Position numbers and translations under genes: made by a program
Virus record (IMG/VR): IMGVR_UViG_3300047400_000313
Span: 1 to 29,774 of that record
Direction: 5' to 3' (one strand)
DNA from: a virus
Lineage: Duplodnaviria; Caudoviricetes
Length of the DNA: 29,774 nt
In this document: positions 1-7,608 of the stretch, piece after piece
Layout of the letters: the number at the start of each line of letters is the position of its first letter
Position numbering within the stretch: the stretch's first letter is position 1
The notes under the pieces: generated by a model
The model's input: the letters and a program-made list of their open reading frames with translations, nothing else
What the model was told of the DNA's origin: nothing
Database searches by the model: none

Positions 1-236
1 CAATCACAGATACAAAATCTTTAACTCTTTATTTAAATGAAAAAATTAATAATGTTAAAGACGAATTAAGCGCATTACAGAAAACAACCCCAGATAAAGT
101 TCTCAAGATAAAACTTCAAGAAGTATCAAAACTAATCTCTCCATTAGACGAAAATAAATCTATTAGAGATGAGGTAGTTATTGGAATTTTACAATGCTAT
201 GATTTAATTGAAGAAATAAAAAAAGCAAATGGCTAA
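1..236 (+). CDS. Partial (5'-truncated) hypothetical protein, helical C-terminus
   Basis: Frame starting at nt 3 is open from the window edge (ITDTKSLTLYLNEKINNVKDEL...CYDLIEEIKKANG) to TAA at 234-236; overlaps the ATG at 229. Not in the ORF track. Confidence 0.75.
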   Translation, partial: ITDTKSLTLYLNEKINNVKDELSALQKTTPDKVLKIKLQEVSKLISPLDENKSIRDEVVIGILQCYDLIEEIKKANG

Positions 237-1938
237 AAATAAAAAATACGAATTTAATCAACAATTAGCAACTCTTAAATTAAGAGAGCCTATTAATGAA
301 GGCAGAGTAATGTTTACAATTGATGATCAGAAAGTTGATGATTTATTTTTAAATGATTTTGAAGCTGATGTAGATTACATACATGATGGACCAGATGTTT
401 ATTATGTTACTGATCAAAATGAATTAGAGAGATTCGTAGACATGATTCAAAGTATGGGTTTAGATCCAAATTCAATTAAACCTGTTACTAATTTCCAAGA
501 AGATTTAGGCGGGAATATTACTAATAATGCTGGAGGTTATTTAGCATCACTAAATGCCCCTTCTAAAAAACAAAATCCATTCAAAGAAGATGTTTTGTCT
601 GGGTACAAAGAACTAAAAGGATTCAAACCTGGTCATACTCCTGATAGAGGAGGATTTCAATATAAAGAATTATGGGAAATGGACATTAATGATCCAATTC
701 TAATGAAGTTAAGAGCCAAAAAAGATTTGCCTACAAAAATTTCAAATACCCCAATACAATCCTCGGCATCAAAATCATATATCGATAGCCTTCTTAAGAA
801 AAGAGCTGAGATTATGAGGGATATGGAACAAGAAGCCGAACCAGAAGGCGGACCTATAGCAGATATGTACGGAGATCAATTAGATAAAATTGATAGGCAA
901 CTTGCTAAGTTGAGAGAGTCAACTATTACATCGTCTGCAAACCAAGACGAATTAGCTAGAGTTGAGGCACTATTAGCCGATGCTAATGCAAATAATAACT
1001 ACTCAGTAATGAGTTCTTATGAAAATCGTATTAAGAGATTAAAATTATTAGTTTGGGTTGAAAGAAAATTAGGAAAGCAACTTCCTAAATTGCCTTTTGG
1101 AATGGATTTTTCAGAATATCTTAAAAAAGAATTAGGATATACAGGACCTGTAAAATTCAGCCGTCTTGGAGGCTTAGCTAATGCTACTGAAATAGTAGAT
1201 TATATTATTAATAGTCAAAGTGAACCTATAAGACAATTAACAGGTGACTTAGATCAAGATTGGATGGGAGAAAATTTAGATGAAGCTAAACCAATAGGAA
1301 AAACAAAATCTGGTAAAGATATTTACCTTGACTTCAATAACCCAGCCCATAAAGATTTTACTGCTGCTGATCACGCTGACGCATCACAAGCTTTATTGAC
1401 AGGTAAATCTAAGGGAACATCAGCAAAACCTAATATATCACCGGCTAGAAAAACAAATGCTAAATTACATTTTGATGCGTCAAAAAGTAAAGATGATAGA
1501 ATAGAACGTCTTAATGAAATAAATAAAATTGTAGATGAGGTATTTAGTCCTCAAGATTATCAAAAAGTTTTACAGATCATAGACAAAATAAAATATACAA
1601 ATACTAAATTGTATAATGCTATTATGGATTTAGTAGATGATTTATATCCACATGATTATAAAGAAGTTGAAAGACTAGTTGCAGTAAATGAGAATTATTC
1701 TCGTTTTAAAAGTGAAACTAAGACAAGAACTAAACCAGAACAATTCCATCAAGCAGTTAAATCAGTAAAGCGTAAAGTAGAAGAGATTCATAAACTTTAT
1801 GAATATATGGAAAGACTTAAATTAGAGTTAAGTGAAGATGCTGATGGACTTAAGTATAAAAAATATACTGAAAATGCAATTCAAAAAATAAAAGAGGCTG
1901 TAAAAGCTTTACATATAAAAACAAAAAAATTAAAATAA
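229..1938 (+). CDS. Hypothetical modular protein, putative prohead/internal head protein
   Basis: 569-aa ORF, highly charged, upstream of prohead protease; many (L/I/V/F)-X-E motifs. Function inferred from position only. Confidence 0.6.
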   Translation: MAKNKKYEFNQQLATLKLREPINEGRVMFTIDDQKVDDLFLNDFEADVDYIHDGPDVYYVTDQNELERFVDMIQSMGLDPNSIKPVTNFQEDLGGNITNNAGGYLASLNAPSKKQNPFKEDVLSGYKELKGFKPGHTPDRGGFQYKELWEMDINDPILMKLRAKKDLPTKISNTPIQSSASKSYIDSLLKKRAEIMRDMEQEAEPEGGPIADMYGDQLDKIDRQLAKLRESTITSSANQDELARVEALLADANANNNYSVMSSYENRIKRLKLLVWVERKLGKQLPKLPFGMDFSEYLKKELGYTGPVKFSRLGGLANATEIVDYIINSQSEPIRQLTGDLDQDWMGENLDEAKPIGKTKSGKDIYLDFNNPAHKDFTAADHADASQALLTGKSKGTSAKPNISPARKTNAKLHFDASKSKDDRIERLNEINKIVDEVFSPQDYQKVLQIIDKIKYTNTKLYNAIMDLVDDLYPHDYKEVERLVAVNENYSRFKSETKTRTKPEQFHQAVKSVKRKVEEIHKLYEYMERLKLELSEDADGLKYKKYTENAIQKIKEAVKALHIKTKKLK

Positions 1939-2324
1939 TGGACAATTTTGATTTAAAAAAATTCTTAGTAGAAAATAAATTGGGAATGTATTCTCAAGTG
2001 AGTCTTCATGAGTCGATAGATATTAGAGATTTGGTTTCTAAAATAAATGCAGCAAAAAAAGCTGGTCAAGAAATCGCTGTTAATGGTGAACCTGTAAATT
2101 TATGGGTTGCATCAATGGGATTATTAAGAACTGATGGTGGTAGATATAAAATTGATGATATTGCTTATGGTGATGCCCAACTAACAATTGATGGAGAGCC
2201 AGTAGAATTATCATATATACAAGAACCAGAAGAGGAACCTATTCAAAATTTAGATAAACCAACCCCAGGTAATACAAGTAGATGGACTGATCCAACTTCA
2301 GATTTTTATCGTGGAGGAGATTAA
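1938..2324 (+). CDS. Hypothetical protein, putative internal head protein
   Basis: 128-aa ORF coupled by TAATG overlap; N-terminus MDNFDLKKFLVE...SLHE resembles a cleavable leader. Confidence 0.6.
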   Translation: MDNFDLKKFLVENKLGMYSQVSLHESIDIRDLVSKINAAKKAGQEIAVNGEPVNLWVASMGLLRTDGGRYKIDDIAYGDAQLTIDGEPVELSYIQEPEEEPIQNLDKPTPGNTSRWTDPTSDFYRGGD

Positions 2325-2337
2325 ACAATAATAACAA

Positions 2338-2472
2338 ATGGCAAAAGCAATATCAAGAGGCGGAACTGCAATAAAGATAAGTTTCGGTAAAAGAAAAAAA
2401 GGAAAGGCTAAAAAAAGTCATAACAAACACGATCATAAAGAAAAAAATTACTGCGGACAAGGCAGAGTATAA
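2338..2472 (+). CDS. Small basic protein (44 aa) ending NYCGQGRV
   Basis: Hand translation: MAKAISRGGTAIKISFGKRKKGKAKKSHNKHDHKEKNYCGQGRV*; fills the gap between neighbouring ORFs, A-rich upstream; below ORF-track cutoff. Confidence 0.75.
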   Translation: MAKAISRGGTAIKISFGKRKKGKAKKSHNKHDHKEKNYCGQGRV

Positions 2473-2473
2473 T

Positions 2474-2482
2474 ATATTTATT
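2474..2482 (+). promoter_or_regulatory. ATATTTAT(W) motif, putative late promoter
   Basis: One of ten intergenic copies; octamer ends 4 nt before the ATG at 2486. Confidence 0.55.
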
Positions 2483-2485
2483 AGT

Positions 2486-4060
2486 ATGAAAAATATAACA
2501 AAGCAATACCAAGATCTATTAGAGGGAAAAATGAGTAGAGATAATTTCGTAAGAAACTGTCGCCAACAATTTCCTCAATACGTATCTCCTGTAACATCTA
2601 TAGATGATGCTGTTAAAATTCTTAAAAGCAAGAGAATCATAGCTGAATCAATCTCAGAAAATATGGATTATAAAGATCCATATGTAAGAGGATATATAGA
2701 AAATGAAAATGGAAGTTCTCTTAATGATTGCCCGTTTAGACCAGGATCTACGGAAGCTAGTTTATGGAAAGATGGTTGGATGGATGCAGAAGCAGAAAAG
2801 CAAGCCGCTCATGATGATGAGATATATCGCAGAGAAACTAATGGTGCATATGATGATGAAGATCAAGATGATTGGTCAAAGATGGACGATGATGATAAAT
2901 ACCCAGCAGGATTTCCAGGTATGACTGAAACATTAAATGAAGCTGAAGATTTAACACTATCTCAAATTGTAGATAGATTAAATCCATATACTCTTAAAAT
3001 TGGTATAGCTACTGAGTTAAAAGATCCTGATAATATAACTAATGATTCTTATGAAAAAGCTTTAGAAATAGCCGCAAGAAAATTATATAAAGATCCGAAT
3101 GCATATAAGGAATATCAATTCGCTAATGCGAAAGAGGTAGATGCACAAGATAAAAATATGCAAATGACTGCAGTAAAAGAAAAAAATACTGTGGATGATA
3201 AAAATCAGATGGAAAAAGTTAAAGGACAAGAGACTTTAAAAGCTATGTCTGCTCCTAAGACTGAAAATAAAAAAGGCAAACCAGAAGGTGTTAAAGAAAT
3301 GGGAGTAACTCCTAAAAAAACACCTGGAATTACCTCAGTAATGGATATGCCTGGTAAAGAAAAGGTATTAGAGCAATTAATAAAATCTCTAAAAAAAACT
3401 TTAGCTGAAGACACACATTATAAGTATAATATAGGAACTACTGTAGACACACCAGAAGGACCTGGAAAGGTTGTTGGAGTATTAGGTGGAACAATATCTG
3501 TTGAATTAGGTAATGGTACTATTGCAGATTATCAAATTAATATACTTGATGCTCAAGAAAAAAAGAATAGAGATGCTGCTTTTAGTAAATTACCAGATTT
3601 AGGAACTGCAGGGCAAAATTGGCTTAGTAGTCATATATCTGAAGATAATACTGATGCTCAAAAAGATGAATTTAAATCATTAGTAGACAAATATGATTGG
3701 TATCATGAAATGTCTGATGATGACAGAAAACATCAAGCCGCTTTAGAAGTAAATAAAAAACTTAAAGCTTTAGCAAAATCAATTGGAGAAGAGGAAGCAG
3801 TTAGAATATATAATGAAAAAGCTCCAAAAGATAGAAAAATAAAATCTATACAAGATTTAAGTGAAGGAAAAAAAGATAAGTACAGTAAATTAAAAGAATA
3901 TCTTAGAAAAGCACTAAAAAAAGAAGCTATTTATCAGAAAAAAGATCAAACTGGACAAACACAAACAATAGTAGCTAGTTCTCCAAAATCTGATGCAACT
4001 TTAAGAGCTCAAAAATTTACTAAGATAGCTGGCACTGATGATGCAAAATCAACACAATAA
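2486..4060 (+). CDS. Modular putative internal head protein with an Rmf-like segment
   Basis: 524-aa ORF directly upstream of protease; RGY-x5-G-x5-CPF-x9-W-x2-GW motif at aa 68-98; multiple L/I-X-E sites; C-terminal KIAG as in the scaffold. Confidence 0.6.
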   Translation: MKNITKQYQDLLEGKMSRDNFVRNCRQQFPQYVSPVTSIDDAVKILKSKRIIAESISENMDYKDPYVRGYIENENGSSLNDCPFRPGSTEASLWKDGWMDAEAEKQAAHDDEIYRRETNGAYDDEDQDDWSKMDDDDKYPAGFPGMTETLNEAEDLTLSQIVDRLNPYTLKIGIATELKDPDNITNDSYEKALEIAARKLYKDPNAYKEYQFANAKEVDAQDKNMQMTAVKEKNTVDDKNQMEKVKGQETLKAMSAPKTENKKGKPEGVKEMGVTPKKTPGITSVMDMPGKEKVLEQLIKSLKKTLAEDTHYKYNIGTTVDTPEGPGKVVGVLGGTISVELGNGTIADYQINILDAQEKKNRDAAFSKLPDLGTAGQNWLSSHISEDNTDAQKDEFKSLVDKYDWYHEMSDDDRKHQAALEVNKKLKALAKSIGEEEAVRIYNEKAPKDRKIKSIQDLSEGKKDKYSKLKEYLRKALKKEAIYQKKDQTGQTQTIVASSPKSDATLRAQKFTKIAGTDDAKSTQ

Positions 4061-4061
4061 T

Positions 4062-4691
4062 ATGAATAAAGACCTTTTAATAGAATATAGTATATTTACT
4101 CCAACTAAACGTAGACTTTCAGAAGGCACTGCAAATGGTAATGGTAATATGATTGTGTCTGGATTAGTTCAAGCATGCGATAAGCCTAATGCTAATAGAA
4201 GAATTTATCCATATGATACATTAAAATCTCAAGTAGAATTATATATAAAAGGTCCTATTGCAGAAAATAGAGCTTTAGGAGAATTAGATCATCCAGAAAC
4301 TTCTGTTATTAATTTAAAGAATGTTTCTCATAATATATTAAAGCTTTGGTGGGATGGTAAAAATCTATTTGGTGATATTGAAATCTTACCAACTCCTTCA
4401 GGAAATATATTAAGACAACTATTTGCAAATAATATAACTGTGGGTATTTCATCAAGAGCTATGGGAACTGTATCTCCTATTGGAGAAGGTTTAGTTCAAG
4501 TAGAAGACGATTTAGAATTAATTTGTTGGGATTTTGTAAGCACTCCATCAACTTATGGAGCTTATGTAAGACCAGTTTCAGGACTTAATGAATCATATAA
4601 TCTCCAACAAGAGACAAATAAATATCAAAGATCTAATAGACTAGTATCAGATATTATTTGTAGTTTATCAGGTGTTTGTTGTATAAATTAA
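4062..4691 (+). CDS. gp21: Prohead core protease (T4 gp21-like, peptidase U9/S80)
   Basis: Motifs NANRRIYP, ALGELDHP (His), GISSRAMG (Ser), WDFVSTPS (Asp); upstream of scaffold and capsid. ATG at 4062 (MNKDLLIE), just after the upstream stop, preferred to 4038. Confidence 0.92.
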   Translation: MNKDLLIEYSIFTPTKRRLSEGTANGNGNMIVSGLVQACDKPNANRRIYPYDTLKSQVELYIKGPIAENRALGELDHPETSVINLKNVSHNILKLWWDGKNLFGDIEILPTPSGNILRQLFANNITVGISSRAMGTVSPIGEGLVQVEDDLELICWDFVSTPSTYGAYVRPVSGLNESYNLQQETNKYQRSNRLVSDIICSLSGVCCIN

Positions 4692-4697
4692 AATTAT

Positions 4698-4726
4698 TTT
4701 TTAGTAAATTTATATTTTACTAAAAA
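4698..4726. terminator. AT-rich inverted repeat after protease gene (possible terminator/operator)
   Basis: TTTTTAGTAAA (4698-4708) / TTTACTAAAAA (4716-4726), perfect 11-bp stem, 7-nt loop. Confidence 0.4.
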
Positions 4727-4731
4727 TACGT

Positions 4732-4740
4732 ATATTTATT
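4732..4740 (+). promoter_or_regulatory. ATATTTAT(W) motif, putative late promoter of scaffold-capsid operon
   Basis: Intergenic copy, 94 nt before ATG 4834. Confidence 0.6.
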
Positions 4741-4747
4741 GTTACAT

Positions 4748-4814
4748 GCGTTGATTCTCATTGCAACGCTATACAATTACAATCCTTATATTGCTTCACT
4801 CTACAATAAGCAAT
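4748..4814 (+). promoter_or_regulatory. Two-hairpin 5' leader of scaffold gene
   Basis: GCGTTG(4748-4753)/CAACGC(4764-4769) and ATTGCTT(4790-4796)/AAGCAAT(4808-4814). Confidence 0.45.
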
Positions 4815-4833
4815 TAAAACAATCAAGAACAAG

Positions 4834-5877
4834 ATGGAAGACATGTACAAACAAGCGATTCTAGACGCTAAAGCAGTTCGTGCAAGTGCTATGGCTAATG
4901 CTAAAGCAACTCTTCAAGAAGCTTTTGAACCAAAAATTCAAGAAATGATTCGTTTAAAACTTTCAGAAGAACTCGAAGATGAAGCAGAAATGCAAGAGTT
5001 TGATGAAATGAAACATCATGAAGAAGAAATGGACGAAGCAAAAAAAGAAGAGGAAATGGACGAAGCAACTCTAGAAGAAATTTTAGCTGAATTAGATGAA
5101 CTTTCTCAAAAAGATGAAGCTGATATGAGCTATCAATTTGATGAAGCTGATTTTGATGAAGCAAAAGAAACAGATGAAGAAGCTGAAAAAGGCGAAGAAG
5201 AAGGTGAAGAGGAAGAATCTGAAGAAGAAGGTGGTGACGACTCTGAATCAACTGAAGAACCAACTGATGACACTAAGGTAATTGATATTACTTTAGGAGA
5301 TCTTAAACAAGTTCTACAATCTATCAATGGTGGTGGAATGGAACCTGATGGTGATGAAGCTGGTACTGAAGGAGGCGAAGAAGCTACTGAAGAACCTGCA
5401 GGTGATGAAACCTCAGACAAAGACATCAACTTAGACGAAATTCTAGCCGAATTATCTAAATCAAAGAAAGAAGAAGTTAAAAAATCTAAAAAAGAAATGG
5501 ACGAGAAGAAAGAAGAGGAAGATGAAGCTAAAAAACAACTTAAAGAAGCAAACAAGACTATTCAAGTATTGCGTCATGAGTTGAATGAAGTTAATCTTTT
5601 GAATGCTAAACTTCTTTACATGAATAAGATTTTTAAATCTAAAAACCTTTCAGAGTCACAAAAAGTTAATGTTGTTTCTGCATTAGACAGAGCTTCAAAT
5701 ACAAAAGAAGCAAAAAACATCTATGAAACTTTAAAAGAGAGTTTATCAAATAGAAAATCTCAAATCTCTGAATCAAAAGGATTTGCGTCAAACCCAGCTG
5801 GCGTTGCTCCTAAAAAAGTAATTGTTGAAGCTGACAATTTTGTTAGCAGATGGCAAAAAATTGCTGGTATAAAATAA
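4834..5877 (+). CDS. gp22: Prohead core scaffolding protein (T4 gp22-like)
   Basis: Very Glu/Asp-rich coiled-coil protein between protease and capsid gene; repeated L/M/F-X-E motifs; ends RWQKIAGIK. Confidence 0.8.
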   Translation: MEDMYKQAILDAKAVRASAMANAKATLQEAFEPKIQEMIRLKLSEELEDEAEMQEFDEMKHHEEEMDEAKKEEEMDEATLEEILAELDELSQKDEADMSYQFDEADFDEAKETDEEAEKGEEEGEEEESEEEGGDDSESTEEPTDDTKVIDITLGDLKQVLQSINGGGMEPDGDEAGTEGGEEATEEPAGDETSDKDINLDEILAELSKSKKEEVKKSKKEMDEKKEEEDEAKKQLKEANKTIQVLRHELNEVNLLNAKLLYMNKIFKSKNLSESQKVNVVSALDRASNTKEAKNIYETLKESLSNRKSQISESKGFASNPAGVAPKKVIVEADNFVSRWQKIAGIK

Positions 5878-5907
5878 TTTTAAAAAACAAATCAAACATT
5901 TAAAAAA

Positions 5908-7584
5908 ATGGCAAACTTAGTACAATCTTTACTAAATGAGTCTGCTCAAACAGCATACTCTGACCAGTTTAGTGTTGCCTCTAAACTTACAAAAAAGTGG
6001 GCAAAATCTGGTCTGCTTGAAGGTCTTGATGATAATGGTCGTTCACAAATGGCTATGATCCTTGAGAACCAAGCAAAACAATTGGTTATTGAATCTTCAA
6101 ACACAAACTCTGGTATCAATGCAAGTGGTGGTTCTACATGGACTAACGCTGGTGGTGAACAATGGGCTGGTGTAGCTTTACCTTTAGTTCGTAAGATCTT
6201 CGGTCAAATCGCTGCTAAAGAATTCGTTTCTGTTCAACCTATGAATTTACCTGCTGGATTGGTATTCTTCTTGGATTTCCAATACGGTACTGATGGTAAT
6301 CCTGATTTTGCTAAAGGAAATTCAGTATATGGTACTGCAACTGCAAACTTCGGTAATGCTGCTGCTGGTGGTCTTTATGGTGCTGGTCAATTCAATTATT
6401 CATTGAACTTGTTCTCTGCATCTACAACTCCTACAAAAGCTAATTGCTCAGTTCCTGCTACTTGGGATGAATTGAATTTTGATGCATCTGTATCTGCTTC
6501 TTTAGGTACAATTGCTCGTTTGGCTTATCCTCTTTCTGCAATTCCTGGATATAACACATTAGGTGTTAGAGCATTTGAACTTAGTGGTTCTGCTAATGCA
6601 GCGTTTACTACTACTAACGTTCTTCCTGCTTTCACAAAAGTAGTTGGTACAGACATCTATTTCTATGTAACAAGTTCAGCAAGCTCATTAGCTACTTTGA
6701 CTGGATCTGCTACTATCTTCTATAACAAAGAAACTGACTTTAATAGTCGTGGTGATTTTGAAGATCGTACAAACACTCCTTCAATGCCTAATGCATATTC
6801 AACTGCAAACGGAGCTAGTTCAATAACTATCCCTGAGATCAATGTTGCAATGAAGAGTCAAACAATTTCTGCTAAAACTCGTAAGTTAAAAGCACAATGG
6901 ACTCCAGAATTTGCTCAAGATCTTAATGCTTACCACGCACTTGATGCTGAAGCTGAATTGACTGGTCTATTGTCTGAGCACGTATCTTTAGAGATCGACT
7001 TAGAAGTAATGGATATGTTGATTCAAAATGCAGCAACTACAGAAGTATGGTCTGCTAAAATAGGTCAACAAATCAATACTACAGGTACTGCATTTACTAC
7101 TAATACTGCTGGAGCTTTCTATAACCAAATGACATGGTTCCAAACTATTGGTATTAAATTACAAAAAGTATCTAATATCATTCATCAACGTACTTTACGT
7201 GGAGGTGCTAACTTTATGGTTGTTTCTCCTGCAGTAGCTACTATCTTGGAATCAATTCCTGGATTTGCAGCTGATACTGATGGAGCAGCAGATACTATGA
7301 AGTATGCATTCGGTGTTCAAAAGATTGGTTCTTTGAACAGTCGTTATAAAGTATACAAAAACCCATACATGACTGAAAATGTTATCTTGATGGGCTTCCG
7401 TGGAACTCAGTTCTTGGAATGTGGTGCTGTTTACTCTCCATATGTACCTTTGATCATGACTCCTCTTGTGTACGATCCTAATACCTTCACTCCTAGAAAA
7501 GGTATCATGACTCGTTACGCAATGACTATGGTTCGTCCAGAGTTCTATGGTAAGGTGTTAGTATCTGATTTAAACATTATCTAA
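5908..7584 (+). CDS. gp23: Major capsid protein (T4 gp23-like)
   Basis: Motifs ILENQ, LPLVRK, VSVQPMNLPAGLVFFL, AKTRKLKAQWTPEFAQDLNAYH, DAEAEL, YSPYVPL, FTPRKGIMTRYA. Confidence 0.96.
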   Translation: MANLVQSLLNESAQTAYSDQFSVASKLTKKWAKSGLLEGLDDNGRSQMAMILENQAKQLVIESSNTNSGINASGGSTWTNAGGEQWAGVALPLVRKIFGQIAAKEFVSVQPMNLPAGLVFFLDFQYGTDGNPDFAKGNSVYGTATANFGNAAAGGLYGAGQFNYSLNLFSASTTPTKANCSVPATWDELNFDASVSASLGTIARLAYPLSAIPGYNTLGVRAFELSGSANAAFTTTNVLPAFTKVVGTDIYFYVTSSASSLATLTGSATIFYNKETDFNSRGDFEDRTNTPSMPNAYSTANGASSITIPEINVAMKSQTISAKTRKLKAQWTPEFAQDLNAYHALDAEAELTGLLSEHVSLEIDLEVMDMLIQNAATTEVWSAKIGQQINTTGTAFTTNTAGAFYNQMTWFQTIGIKLQKVSNIIHQRTLRGGANFMVVSPAVATILESIPGFAADTDGAADTMKYAFGVQKIGSLNSRYKVYKNPYMTENVILMGFRGTQFLECGAVYSPYVPLIMTPLVYDPNTFTPRKGIMTRYAMTMVRPEFYGKVLVSDLNII

Positions 7585-7608
7585 TTTTAACCTAGATACA
7601 AAATAAAG

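Noticed and set aside
2703-3414. Alternate-frame ORF 2703-2924 (+) and 3205-3414 (-)
   Set aside because: Wholly inside the 524-aa gene; Met-rich frame is a by-product of GAT-GAT runs.
4038-4061. Track start of protease at 4038
   Set aside because: Overlaps the upstream gene; ATG at 4062 right after its stop is more plausible.
4901-5555. Minus-strand ORFs 4901-5263 and 5133-5555 (Leu- and Ser-rich)
   Set aside because: Antisense shadows of the GAA-rich scaffold gene; low-complexity products.
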